From: an uncultured bacterium
GTDB taxonomy: Bacteria; Babelota; Babeliae; Babelales; Babelaceae
Assembly: GCA_963713855.1 (NCBI GenBank)
Contig: OY970209.1
Location: forward strand, 992,001 to 1,056,000
Length of the DNA stretch: 64,000 bases
Reading direction: 5' to 3'
The translations under genes and the position numbers were made by a program. The notes beneath the pieces are model-generated. The model searched no databases, had not been told where the DNA came from, and was given only the letters and a program-made list of their open reading frames with translations. This document shows positions 37,570-47,902 of the stretch, piece after piece (within the stretch, counting starts at the first letter, position 1; each line of letters begins with the position of its first letter).

Positions 37570-37639
37570 ATTGCTCTCCTTTTTATTTCTATTACGTTAT
37601 TTAGTATATACCTCAATGGAAAGCCAGAGCAAGAGATAG

Positions 37640-38976
37640 TTATTGACCAGAGGGGAAAGTCTCAGGCAGTTCGCCTTCTTCCCACACGCTTGTTATTTCG
37701 AGGGGTGTTACCGCTTCAGTTCTATCGACATGGATAAGAAAATCGAACTGTTCGCCCAAAGATGCATAAAAATAATGACTTTGTCTTTCAGTTTGTGGAG
37801 CGTATATGACCCCGATAGCTCTTTGAAGCCTTTCAACGCTTAAGCTGGCCTGCAGGCTTTTGTTGTCTCGTATATTGAGCCAAAATTGTTCTAATTCAGT
37901 GGCGTGAAACAGCTCTTCAAAGCTGCCGCTTAGTGCTTTGCGAACGTGCCTGAGTTGAACAGGACCGTTCCAGAATGGTGCTGCTGATACTGTGCCTGTG
38001 TATGTCGTAAAGCCCACAAGCACTGCTTTTTTGCCGTATTGCTCGCGAGCAAGTTGTCCGATATTAAGTTGTCCTTGCTTTCCCATTTGGGTAGCACGCG
38101 CATCGCCGATATGTGAGTTATGGGCCCATATGATGGTCTTTGAAGGCAGCAGGTGCTTTATATGATGCGCGCCAAGAGCATTGACCGTTTCCATCATATG
38201 CGTATCTCGAATGTTCCATGACTCATTATCATCGGCTTGGAAGATGGACCTATAATATTCTTCAGCGTTTTTTACAATGAGCGCGTTTTGTTGAGCAAAA
38301 AAAGCTCATCAACTTCAACAAATCCTTCAGCTTTTACGTCTTTAAATTGTATATTCAAGAGCTCTTCTAATTGTTCTAAGGCCTCATTTTCGCATGAAGG
38401 CGTTCTGTAATGCGCAACAAGGTAGCCGTACGCTTGCGGATCTTTTCCAAAAGCATCAAAACAAGCGTATCGTTCTATCGCTCTTCGCGCGGCTTTTGGG
38501 TCCCGGCTTTCCAAATAGCCGATAACTGCTTGCATAGAATGGTGTAAGCTATAAAGATCGAGCCCATAAAGACCTACTAAAGGTTGTTGTCCTTGTATTT
38601 GCTTATTATAGCTGTGAATCCACGTAATTAATTCAACAATATCTTCGTTTCGCCACATCCACGAGGGAAAACGCGTAAAGTCTCCTAACGCAGTCTTTGC
38701 ATTCTTATCTTGTCCCTGTAACCTTATGAATCGATGAGCCCGGTAAGCGTCTGGCCAGTCGCCCTCGATTGCAAGAACGGTAAAGCCTTTTTTTTGGATG
38801 AGCTCTTTTGTGATAGCTGCTCTTAGAGCGTAAAACTCATGCGTTCCATGTGTAGCCTCACCCAAGAGCACAAGCGATGCCTCTCCTAAAGCATCTATAA
38901 GCTCGGGAAAAGACTCTTTTAAAGACTGAGCATGCTTTTTGCACTCCGCTAGCGTATCTTGAGAAAAAGGCCTCAT
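37640..38976 (-). pseudogene. Erythromycin esterase family protein split by a single-base frameshift
   Basis: N-part LLGEATHGTHEFY, IEGDWPD, FPSWMWRN; C-part WAHNSHIGDARAT, QRAIGVIY, ERQSHYF; adding one T to the T7 run at 38297-38303 restores DELFFAQQNALIVKNAEEYYRS...SWNIRDTHM in frame. Confidence 0.85.
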
Positions 38977-39827
38977 GGTGTGTGCTCCTCAATAAGCTTT
39001 TTAATAAAAGGCGCTATTGGTAGGACTACTATTTTAGGATATCCTGGCGGTTGAGGTAAGGTATCAGTGACGTAGACTTTTTCAAAAAGGTCGCTCCCCT
39101 GAAGTCTCTCACGAGCACCGTCTGCAAAGACACCGTGTGTAGCAGCCGCTTGTATACTGTGCGCCCCTAGATCTTTGAGTATATGTGCAACAGAGATCAA
39201 CGTATTAGCCGTCGATATGATGTCATCGACGATTAGTATTCGTTTTTGATGTATGTTGTTGTGCACACCGGTTACTTCTACTGCCTCATGCGCCGGTCTC
39301 ATTTTTGTAACTGTTATAAATCCAAGATTGCATGTTTTTGCAATCGCCTCGGCAAGTTCATACGCTCCTTGGTCCGGTGCAGCAATGCGATCCTTACCCG
39401 ACGCCGGTGTGCAAAAAAGGCTTACCGGAATTACATTTTCAAAATCTAAAAATGAATGTAGAGCAGGACTGTGAGCATGGATAATAAAAATCTTTTCTAA
39501 GTTAAAGCTTTTTAAAAATGTGGAAAATAGTGCAGATCCGAGTGATTCTCCTTTTGATGTTCTATCTTGACGCGCGTATCCAAAGTATGTTAGTACAAGA
39601 TATATGCGTGCCTGAGCTCTTTGTAAAGCATCAAGCAGAAGCATTAGCTCAATAGTGTTTTCTGCAGGAACAGCGGTGGATCCGATGACCCAGACTATTT
39701 TGTCGCGTACGTCCTCTTCTATTTTGACAAGTAGTTCTCCGTCACTAAACTGTTTTAAAAGCAGTCGTCCTTTTTTAAAGGGAAGGTCTTCAGCGATGTG
39801 GTTACACTGCCGTGTTGAAAAAATCAT
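38973..39827 (-). CDS. prs: Ribose-phosphate pyrophosphokinase
   Basis: FSDGE, YFGYARQDR, APDQGA, IVDDIISTANT, ATHGVF. Confidence 0.9.
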   Translation of the reverse strand: MIFSTRQCNHIAEDLPFKKGRLLLKQFSDGELLVKIEEDVRDKIVWVIGSTAVPAENTIELMLLLDALQRAQARIYLVLTYFGYARQDRTSKGESLGSALFSTFLKSFNLEKIFIIHAHSPALHSFLDFENVIPVSLFCTPASGKDRIAAPDQGAYELAEAIAKTCNLGFITVTKMRPAHEAVEVTGVHNNIHQKRILIVDDIISTANTLISVAHILKDLGAHSIQAAATHGVFADGARERLQGSDLFEKVYVTDTLPQPPGYPKIVVLPIAPFIKKLIEEHTP

Positions 39828-40456
39828 GCGCGAGCCCTTCGAAGGAGCTTTAAAGCCTCTTGATCACTTACTTGGTCGAAACGTTCGTAAAATTGACCAA
39901 CACCCCTAAAATGTGTCGGTACAAGAAGGCTAACGACCTCATCGGCTTTCATACGTAGAAGCTTCAGTGCATCAGGTGGAGCTACAGGTACAGCTACAAT
40001 TAGTTTTTTAGGATTGTTTTTTCGTACTAATTCAAGTGACGATGCCATGGTATGGCCAGTAGCAACACCATCGTCAACGACGATGATAATCTTATTTTCT
40101 AGCGTAAGCGGCTGTACTCCTTGCTGGTAAGCAGCGTAGCGCTTTTTCAAAAGCTCTCTAATTTGCTGTACTTCTTTGTCGATGTATTGATGCATATCTG
40201 GTGATAAGTCTAGAAAGCGCTTATCAACAATAACACTTTCAAGGCTTGCAGCTCCAATTGCATATTCAGGATTTCCTGGAAAACCTATTTTTTTTGTAAG
40301 AAGAACATCCAGAGGGGCATTAAGAGCTTGAGCTATGGGAAATCCAACCTCTAAGCCGCCACGAGGTATTGCTAAAACGATGACATCAGGTTTATCAGCG
40401 TATTCCTTAAGCTCTTGCGCTAAAAGCGCTCCTGCTTCAAACCGATCTTTAAACAT
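39824..40456 (-). CDS. Phosphoribosyltransferase family protein
   Basis: FKDRFEAG, LAIPRGG, PEYAIGA, VVDDGVATG, VAVPV, VGQFY..FDQVSD. Confidence 0.9.
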   Translation of the reverse strand: MFKDRFEAGALLAQELKEYADKPDVIVLAIPRGGLEVGFPIAQALNAPLDVLLTKKIGFPGNPEYAIGAASLESVIVDKRFLDLSPDMHQYIDKEVQQIRELLKKRYAAYQQGVQPLTLENKIIIVVDDGVATGHTMASSLELVRKNNPKKLIVAVPVAPPDALKLLRMKADEVVSLLVPTHFRGVGQFYERFDQVSDQEALKLLRRARA

Positions 40457-40514
40457 AATAAACTACCTTTTTTTAACTGTAGCTTAAATGCCGAGGATAA
40501 AGCAAGTTGTGACT

Positions 40515-41114
40515 TTAGCAATACTTTAAAAACAACAATGCATCCGCTTGACCCGAAGCTGCTTCTTCTTCTACTTTTTGCTTGAACTTAGCTATATGGT
40601 ATTGCCTTGAGGTAAAGTGCCTGCCAGATTTTTGCAAGTTACGTAAGTAGTACAGAGCCTCGTTTTCGCTTGCTGTTTTAAGGAGTATGTAGCTTAAAAT
40701 GTAATAATGTTCTAATAACTGCTGGTCCTTAATGATACTTTTAATGTATGTTCGTGCAGCGTCCCATTTTTTTCGTTCAATAAGCTCGCACGCATAAGCT
40801 AACTGAGCAATTTCGTTCTTTTTTATGCGAGCATCATTAAGCCAATATGATGCTTCGTCTTTCTTGTTTTGCTTATCGTAAAGGATTGAAAGTGCGATTC
40901 CAGCCTCGGCATCTTCTAAAGCAGCTTTTTTGTAATATGCTTCGGCTTTGACAACATTACCCTTACTTTCGTGATAATTTCCCAAAATGAATTGTGGCCT
41001 TGAATGATCGCTCTCTGCTAAAGCATAAAGAGCTTCCAGATTTAAATCTCCAAACGCCCTCGAATCGTTTAAGTTTAAAAGCAGCACTATAGATGCAAAT
41101 ATATATTTAATCAT
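40515..41114 (-). CDS. Exported Sel1/TPR-like repeat protein
   Basis: Signal peptide; QFILGNY, KAEAYYKKAA, EASYWL. Confidence 0.7.
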   Translation of the reverse strand: MIKYIFASIVLLLNLNDSRAFGDLNLEALYALAESDHSRPQFILGNYHESKGNVVKAEAYYKKAALEDAEAGIALSILYDKQNKKDEASYWLNDARIKKNEIAQLAYACELIERKKWDAARTYIKSIIKDQQLLEHYYILSYILLKTASENEALYYLRNLQKSGRHFTSRQYHIAKFKQKVEEEAASGQADALLFLKYC

Positions 41115-41288
41115 CGACGAAGTTTTCTTTTACGTTCCATACGTAGCATATCAAAAAAGGAGCATTTGTTGATTCAGCTTTATGTGATACTTCTTTTAGC
41201 CCAAATACTTGTCGCTTTATAACCAATGGACAAGGAAATAGAAAGTGTCTATGTTAGATAAATCCTAAAAATTAATGTGAGGTGATGG

Positions 41289-44200
41289 ATGTTAGTTGAG
41301 CAAAGCGTTAATAGGCGCCTATTTGCAGTCTTATTTCTTTTTCTTATATTCGGCTTAAGATTACAAGCTATTAACGAAATCAGCTATCCCTTGCCTGCTG
41401 CTTCAAAATGGCCTTTTACAGCAATTTTTTCACCAAATAATACTTACCTTGCTACCGCGAATGGCTCGGATGATGTTTCAATATTTAACGTACAACCAGG
41501 GGGAATACTCTCAAAAGGAACTTCATTTCCGCTTCCACCGGGCCCTACGCCTCCAACTGGCGGCGGTGTTATTTCTCCTAACGGTTTATATCTGGCTACT
41601 GCAAATCCCGTTTCGAATGACATAACGATGTTCAGCTTACAGGCAAGTGGAACGCCAACCATGATAGCGCCTTTTGCGGTTTTTGGAACAACACAATTAT
41701 CAGGTTTAGAACCCGGAATTTTATTAGCGTTCACGCCCGATAGCGCGTACCTTGCAGCTCTTACCATGGATAATATTAGCGGTTTATCCGGCGTTACTAT
41801 GTGCCCAGTTGCTGCAGGCGGAACGCTGAGTCAAGGAACATTTTATCCATTTCCAGTAGATTATCAAAATCCCTCTTCATTGGCCTTTTCGCCCGATGGC
41901 TCAATTCTTGCTATCGCTAATCTTGCTCCGGCAGACGTTATAATTTTTAACGTAGGTGCCAACGGGGCACTTAGTCAGGCAACCCCCTACCCGCTACCTT
42001 CCGGATCACGCTTTTCATATACCGTAGGATTTTCACCAGATGGTTCATATCTAGCTACTGCTAACTATGGTTCGAAAGATGTTACGCTTTTTACGGTATC
42101 GCCTCAAGGCACACTCAATGGCGGTACTAGCTATCCTGTACCAGCGGGTGCGGTTGCGGCAACCTTCTCTCCCGATAGCAGTTATCTTGCCGTTTCAGGC
42201 GGATACAGTGTTACCACGTTTAGCGTACAAACTAATGGAACGCTTAGTGGAGGAAATCCCTATGCCTTGCCTTTAAATATTATACAACCTCTTGGCTTGG
42301 TATTTTCACCACAGGGCGCCTATCTTGCGATGAGCAATATTAACTCGGCGGAATCATTTGTTGTAGTATTTACGGTAGGATCGGCAGGAACTTTGACCAA
42401 TGGAACAGCCTATTCGCTGCCCTTTGGCTCCATAAGCCCTATCACGGCGGGTTTCTTTTCAAATGGTTCAAACTTAGTCACTGTCAATGGCGCCTCAGAT
42501 GATATAACAGCGTTCTCGGTGCAAACGGGGGGCGTACTGAACAATGGAAAATCGTATCAGGTGTTTTCCGGGGCTACACAACCTACATCAGCAAATTTTT
42601 CGCCAGATGGTGCACTCATTGCAACAGCGAATGAATTTGCAAACACCGTTACTATGTTAAACGTTGGGTCAGGAGGAACAATAACAGGTGCTACTTCGTA
42701 TCCACTGCCTCTCGGTTCTCGCGGCCCGATTTCGGCATCTTTTTCTCCCGATAGGCTCTACCTTGCTACCCAAAATGGCGGCACTGGCGACGTCACCGTG
42801 TTTAATGTAAACCCGCAGGGGCAACTTTCGAACGGAATCTCTTATCCAGGCGGCAGCTCTTTCCCACCGGCTGAATTTTCACCAGACGGTTCATACCTTG
42901 CTGTTAATGATTTATTTTCCTTAAGGATTTTTACGGTTGGTCCGGGAGGTACTTTAACGGGAAGTACATCCTATACGCTGCCAACTGGTTTTCTCACCGC
43001 TTATACATTAGCACTTTCACCAAATGGCGGCCACCTAGCCATGGGTGGTGCCGGCGGGGTTTCCCTTTTTGACGCAAGTCCTAGCGGTACCTTGACCAAT
43101 GGTAGGTTTTATCCTGGTGGAAGCAGTTCCTCGATTGCATTTTCGCCAGACAGCTCGTATCTTGCTACCCTTGTAGGCCAAGAAATAGTCGTATTTAGCA
43201 TGGCAGCGGGGGGTAACATTACACAAATAGCTAGCTATCCAGTGCTTGGAGCTCTGTTTACAAGTACCATAGGATTTTCACCAAATGGAGACTATCTTGC
43301 GACTGCAAATACCGGTTCATCAACGGTAAGTATGTTCACGGTCAACAATGGTACACTCACTCCGAAAGCTTCGTATCCCTTACCCCAATTAACGACAAGC
43401 TCTCGTTCGCCGACTGGAATCGCTTTTTCCGAAGACCAATCATACATTGTCACATCAAACTATAATTCAAATGATGTGTCAGTCTTCATAGTTAGCCCGC
43501 AAAACAATACGCTTTTAGTGGAAGGAAAAAAGTCTTACCCTTTACCCTATAATTTAGTAACTCCTTCCCAACCTACCGCAATAGCTCTTTCTTCTAATGG
43601 CATGTATGCAGCGACAGCTAATGCCAAGACTAACGACGTTACTATCTTTTTTGTTGTTGGAGGGCAGCTTATAAAACCTGTCTCTTACCCATTGCCAGGC
43701 TCAACAAATCCAACTTCAATAAAATTCTCACCCGACAATTTGTACCTTGCAGTAGCTAATAGTGGCACCAATGATGTGGCAGTCTTTCCGTTTCAAGCAG
43801 GTGTACTTGGAAATGGTACCTCTTATTTTCTCCCTGGTGCATCAGTAGGGCCCACTGACTTAGCTTTTACTCCTGACGGCTTGTATCTTGCTACCGTTAA
43901 TGCCGTTTCGAGCGATGTTACTCAATTCAATGTAGCATCGGGCATTTTAAGCAATCCCATTTCAACAACGCTTCCTCCGGGATCAAGCACACCACAAGCT
44001 TGCTTATTTTTACCCATAGCGCCCAATCAGCTTCTTTTTGTTACAGCCAACAGTGGCTCTAATGATATTTCAACCTTTAATTTCCAAGCGGGCGCTTTGC
44101 AACAAGGACAATCGTATCCTTTACCAGCCGGTGCTCAAAAACCAGCATCAATTTCTGCCTCGCAAGATGGCGCATACCTTGCTACAGCAAATAGCGGTTC

Positions 44201-44585
44201 AAACAGTTTTACCCTTTTTGTTGTCGAATCGGGTATACCCAAAGTCAGTGCAACATACAATTTACCTGCTAATTCAACTAACTGCGTAGGAATAACATTT
44301 GCTCCTCAAAACGTAACTAATGCAGGCCAGTATATCGTAACTACAGCAAACTTAGATTCAAATGATATAACGGTGGGCGCCATATTTGGTACCAATGGTC
44401 AAGGTGATGGAGGATCGAACAATGACCTCACCATTATTCTTGCAACTACATTATCGACAGGTATTGTGGGAGGTGCTGCCGCACTTGCTGCAGCAGCGGT
44501 GGCTGCGTTATTAGTCTATAAGTATATCTACAGACCTCGTGCCGCACTTGGTAGTGTCAATTTTGGGCCGGATGAAGGTCTCTAA
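41289..44585 (+). CDS. Surface beta-propeller repeat protein (21 repeats) with signal peptide and C-terminal TM anchor
   Basis: Repeats SYPLP..AFSPDGSYLATAN..SNDVT; tail GDGGS-TM-YKYIYRPR. Confidence 0.9.
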   Translation: MLVEQSVNRRLFAVLFLFLIFGLRLQAINEISYPLPAASKWPFTAIFSPNNTYLATANGSDDVSIFNVQPGGILSKGTSFPLPPGPTPPTGGGVISPNGLYLATANPVSNDITMFSLQASGTPTMIAPFAVFGTTQLSGLEPGILLAFTPDSAYLAALTMDNISGLSGVTMCPVAAGGTLSQGTFYPFPVDYQNPSSLAFSPDGSILAIANLAPADVIIFNVGANGALSQATPYPLPSGSRFSYTVGFSPDGSYLATANYGSKDVTLFTVSPQGTLNGGTSYPVPAGAVAATFSPDSSYLAVSGGYSVTTFSVQTNGTLSGGNPYALPLNIIQPLGLVFSPQGAYLAMSNINSAESFVVVFTVGSAGTLTNGTAYSLPFGSISPITAGFFSNGSNLVTVNGASDDITAFSVQTGGVLNNGKSYQVFSGATQPTSANFSPDGALIATANEFANTVTMLNVGSGGTITGATSYPLPLGSRGPISASFSPDRLYLATQNGGTGDVTVFNVNPQGQLSNGISYPGGSSFPPAEFSPDGSYLAVNDLFSLRIFTVGPGGTLTGSTSYTLPTGFLTAYTLALSPNGGHLAMGGAGGVSLFDASPSGTLTNGRFYPGGSSSSIAFSPDSSYLATLVGQEIVVFSMAAGGNITQIASYPVLGALFTSTIGFSPNGDYLATANTGSSTVSMFTVNNGTLTPKASYPLPQLTTSSRSPTGIAFSEDQSYIVTSNYNSNDVSVFIVSPQNNTLLVEGKKSYPLPYNLVTPSQPTAIALSSNGMYAATANAKTNDVTIFFVVGGQLIKPVSYPLPGSTNPTSIKFSPDNLYLAVANSGTNDVAVFPFQAGVLGNGTSYFLPGASVGPTDLAFTPDGLYLATVNAVSSDVTQFNVASGILSNPISTTLPPGSSTPQACLFLPIAPNQLLFVTANSGSNDISTFNFQAGALQQGQSYPLPAGAQKPASISASQDGAYLATANSGSNSFTLFVVESGIPKVSATYNLPANSTNCVGITFAPQNVTNAGQYIVTTANLDSNDITVGAIFGTNGQGDGGSNNDLTIILATTLSTGIVGGAAALAAAAVAALLVYKYIYRPRAALGSVNFGPDEGL

Positions 44586-44619
44586 AAAAACAGTCCAAAA
44601 AATGATTAACGAGATATCT

Positions 44620-45258
44620 ATGACTAAGAAATTATTTTGGCAAAATCCTTATCAGACAAAGCTGGATACAACGGTAACCAGCGTAAAGGGTAATGATATC
44701 ACCGTGCGGGAAACGATCCTTTTTGCTTTTTCGGGGGCTCAAGAAAGCGATTTTGGTAGCATCGGTGATAAACGTGTACTCCAAGCACGTAAAGAAAATA
44801 AAGATATCATCTATACGCTAGAGGACGGTCACGCACTAAATTACGGTGATAAAGTACTGATGATCATTGATTGGCAAAGGCGTTATAGCTTGATGCGCTT
44901 ACATTTTGCGGCCGAGCTCGTTTTAGTTCTTATTTTAAAACACCTGCAAGGCATTGAAAAAATTGGAGCACATATTTCTCAGGAAAAAGCACGCATTGAC
45001 TTTAAGTGGCCTTCTAATATTTCTGACGTATTTTCTGTCGTCAAAAAGGAGGCTCAAGCTATTATTGACGCCGATTATACTATCATAAGCGCTTTTGATG
45101 ATGAAGAAAATGAACGACGTTATTGGGAAATTGAAGGTGTTGCTCGTGTGCCTTGCGGAGGAACACATCCGAAAAAAACAACTGAGGTTGGCCAAATCGC
45201 CTTAAGGCGAGACAATAGGGGAAAGGGCCAAGAGAGGGTCGTTATCACGATCAGCTGA
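44620..45258 (+). CDS. AlaX-type alanyl-tRNA editing protein
   Basis: MTKKLFWQNPY, GAQESDFG, IDWQRRYSLMRLHFAAE, PCGGTH. Confidence 0.88.
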   Translation: MTKKLFWQNPYQTKLDTTVTSVKGNDITVRETILFAFSGAQESDFGSIGDKRVLQARKENKDIIYTLEDGHALNYGDKVLMIIDWQRRYSLMRLHFAAELVLVLILKHLQGIEKIGAHISQEKARIDFKWPSNISDVFSVVKKEAQAIIDADYTIISAFDDEENERRYWEIEGVARVPCGGTHPKKTTEVGQIALRRDNRGKGQERVVITIS

Positions 45259-45447
45259 TACCGGATTAGTTATTGAGCAAATGGATAGGCACAGGTATTG
45301 TGGTAGACAGCGTATAACATGTGTTCGCGGTGCCGACTTGTTAAATTGTCAAGTTATATTATTGAAAAAATGAAGTATTTTTTGACATACTATAATTAGA
45401 GTCGGCCTTTTTGCAGCTTAAGAGATTGAAAAAAAGGGAAATGCCTC

Positions 45448-45825
45448 ATGATGAGAAAGATTAGCTTTACTTTATGTGTGACGCTTGCGTTGGTATTCTA
45501 TTACCCACTATTAGCTACATCTTATAGTATCACCAATAAAGGATCAGTACCGGTAAGAGTTTCGCTACATATGTACGAATTGTTGGTTTGTCCCAAAGCC
45601 TTGGCTACCAGGATCGAGCCTGGGAAAACGGTAAAACTTGATGCTGAAAGTTATATAGAAAATTGGACAGCTGGAGAGTGCTACGCTAACCGGATAAAGA
45701 TTTGGAAAGATCGATCGTCCGCTGTGCTATTTGATTCAGCTGACCTACACGGCCTTTCACGTCTATCTAGCAAGATAGAGCTTTTTCAAGATAGCAAGGG
45801 TGCTTGGTCGGTTTCTGATAACTAG
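45448..45825 (+). CDS. Small secreted protein (YxITNxG family), paralog of the two genes at the window start
   Basis: Signal peptide; YSITNKG, IEPGKTVKLDA, C..NRIKIW, FDSAD, KIELFQ..GAW. Confidence 0.85.
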   Translation: MMRKISFTLCVTLALVFYYPLLATSYSITNKGSVPVRVSLHMYELLVCPKALATRIEPGKTVKLDAESYIENWTAGECYANRIKIWKDRSSAVLFDSADLHGLSRLSSKIELFQDSKGAWSVSDN

Positions 45826-45846
45826 CTAGGGGTCTTTCAAGAAGCC

Positions 45847-45885
45847 TCTAGGTTGTTTTGAGCTTTTCTTCTAAAACAACCTAGA
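45847..45885. terminator. Inverted repeat between convergent genes
   Basis: TCTAGGTTGTTTT / AAAACAACCTAGA 13 bp inverted repeat. Confidence 0.6.
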
Positions 45886-45911
45886 AGTTTGAGTTCACAT
45901 TTAGAAAGTGT

Positions 45912-46688
45912 CTAATCTTGTTTTACTCTAGTCTTCGCGCGACAATATTTTATGAGAGGTCCCGCTACAATCACTGTTGCTGCTACTACCGCTCCAACAG
46001 TCCAAGCAGCTCTATGATAGAACCTGCTATCTACGAAAATGGCTTCATTTTTATCGGTGGACTTACTTGTTTGATGAGCGGTTCCGGCCATAAGCATCCC
46101 GTTGTGTACTGGGAAGATTATAATTATGTCGGAATCTTGGCTGTGAGCAACAAAAAGATATTTTCCGTCAGGAGAAAACGCCAACCAACCAGGTATCTCG
46201 TCGAACCCAAGAGGTAACGCGTACGAAGTGCGGTCACTAAGTCCGCCGTCCTGAGAAACTTGGAATACAGTTATATTACCCCCTGTGCCAATAGCACGTG
46301 TCCAAAGATCACCATCCGGCAAATAGACAAACGTTCTGGCATTAGCACATGCGAGGAGCTTACCATCCGGCGAATAGGCAAGCGCGTGAGGATCACTCGA
46401 GACGTCAGGCAAGTCAAATGTGGCTGATTTTTTCGCACCATCATAAGTTATAGTTATAGCATCTGGCTTTGATTCAGAAATAAGTGCTAGATATATTCTA
46501 TCGGGTGAAGTAACCGCCGTTAAGTCAGTAGCTTGATTTTGAGCCATGCGAGCAATCGGTAGCAGCTCCTCGTATAAAGCATCTGATTCATCCGCTGATG
46601 CGGAACTTTTGTGAGATACGCCCAAAATGTTTGAACTTGCCGTAAGAGTCATCAAAAGTAGAGCTGCTATTTTATTATTATTTATCAT
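45912..46688 (-). CDS. Short beta-propeller-repeat protein with signal peptide and C-terminal TM (duplicate copy 1)
   Basis: TSPDR, ALAYSPDGK, TSYALP, LAFSPDGK; tail TM + KYCRAKTRVKQD. Confidence 0.85.
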   Translation of the reverse strand: MINNNKIAALLLMTLTASSNILGVSHKSSASADESDALYEELLPIARMAQNQATDLTAVTSPDRIYLALISESKPDAITITYDGAKKSATFDLPDVSSDPHALAYSPDGKLLACANARTFVYLPDGDLWTRAIGTGGNITVFQVSQDGGLSDRTSYALPLGFDEIPGWLAFSPDGKYLFVAHSQDSDIIIIFPVHNGMLMAGTAHQTSKSTDKNEAIFVDSRFYHRAAWTVGAVVAATVIVAGPLIKYCRAKTRVKQD

Positions 46689-46875
46689 TAAATCCCTCAT
46701 GATCGTATAATATACTCCGTCAAATACTATACTAATTTTATTTATTATAGAGCCCTGAGATACGATTGAACTTCGAGAAGTCTCTAGTTTGTTTTAGAAG
46801 AAAAGCAAAGGACTTTTTTTATGCTGGACCTTCAAGCTCACAACAAGAGCATGCGTTCTCATTTATAGAAAGTGT

Positions 46876-47676
46876 CTAATCTTGTTTTACTCTAGTCTTC
46901 GAGCGACAATAGAGCATGACGGGTCCCGCTACAACGAGCGATGCAACTACTACCGCCGCGATATCCCATGCAGGCGATCTGTGATAGAGCTTACTGTAGA
47001 TCGTGGCTTCATGTTTATCGTCAAGGTATGTTGGAAGAGCGGATCCTAGTTGCAGAAGAATGCTTTTATATACGGAGAACATTATAACTTCATCGGAATC
47101 TTTGCTGTGAGCAACAAAAAGATATTTTCCATCGGGAGAGTAAGCCAAGAAACCGGGCATCAGGTCAAATTCACTAGGCAACGCGAAGGAAGTACCTGAG
47201 CCAAGAACGCCATCTTCCTCAATTATGAATACAGTGACATGACCTGTTCCATTAGCACATGCAAGATATTTACCATCAGGCGAATAGGCAAGTGCGAGAG
47301 GATTACCGGAGCCGTAAGGCAAAGGAAAGGAGGCGGATTTTTTCCCGCCGCACACTATACCACCTTTTTCATCGCATGACGAAAATACTAGTTTGCCCAA
47401 TTCTGACTTTGGTTCGCCCGAAAGAATGGTTACCGTTATCGCATCAGGCTCTGATTCGGAGATACGTGCTCGGTATTTCCCATCGGGTGAAGTAATTGTT
47501 CTTAAGTCAGTTGCTCGATTTTGAGCCGTGCGAGCAATTGGTAGCAGCTGCTCGTATAGAGCATCATTTGTTGATGGGAAAGACGATGACCCAGGGGCTC
47601 TTTGTACGCACAAAATGTTTGAATTTGCCGTAAGAGCTATCAAAAGTAAAGCTGCTATTTTATTATTCTTTATCAT
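46876..47676 (-). CDS. Short beta-propeller-repeat protein with signal peptide and C-terminal TM (duplicate copy 2)
   Basis: Close paralog of 45912..46688; tail TM + LYCRSKTRVKQD. Confidence 0.85.
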   Translation of the reverse strand: MIKNNKIAALLLIALTANSNILCVQRAPGSSSFPSTNDALYEQLLPIARTAQNRATDLRTITSPDGKYRARISESEPDAITVTILSGEPKSELGKLVFSSCDEKGGIVCGGKKSASFPLPYGSGNPLALAYSPDGKYLACANGTGHVTVFIIEEDGVLGSGTSFALPSEFDLMPGFLAYSPDGKYLFVAHSKDSDEVIMFSVYKSILLQLGSALPTYLDDKHEATIYSKLYHRSPAWDIAAVVVASLVVAGPVMLYCRSKTRVKQD

Positions 47677-47902
47677 AAATCCCTCTGATTGGTATAACAT
47701 ATTTCATTAAATACTATACTAATTTAAATTATAATAAAGCTCTGAGATAAATTTCTTGTTGATGATGCATGGACGCATTGGTTGCGTTTGAGTGATTCTT
47801 CAAACGCGTGATGATTTATGATTCAACTGCTTTGTTACCGATAGAAAAAAGAATATGGCACGGCATTAGAAGCTTGTGCATGATGGCGTGCGCATATCAG
47901 AG

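Larger units (their letters stand above)
45835..47749. repeat. Diverged tandem duplication of a unit of about 0.95 kb including gene flanks
   Basis: AGAAAGTGTCTAATCTTGTTTTACTCTAGTCTTCG at about 45903 and 46867; AAATACTATACTAATTT...CTGAGATA at about 46722 and 47709. Confidence 0.85.

Noticed and set aside
37640..38976. Macrolide resistance claim from the erythromycin esterase family call
   Set aside because: The family is broad, this type is commonly linked to phosphoribosyltransferases, and the gene is frameshifted; substrate cannot be inferred.
47840..47885. Short plus-strand stretch encoding KEYGTALEA, reminiscent of an ankyrin motif
   Set aside because: Too short and flanked by stops; could be chance.
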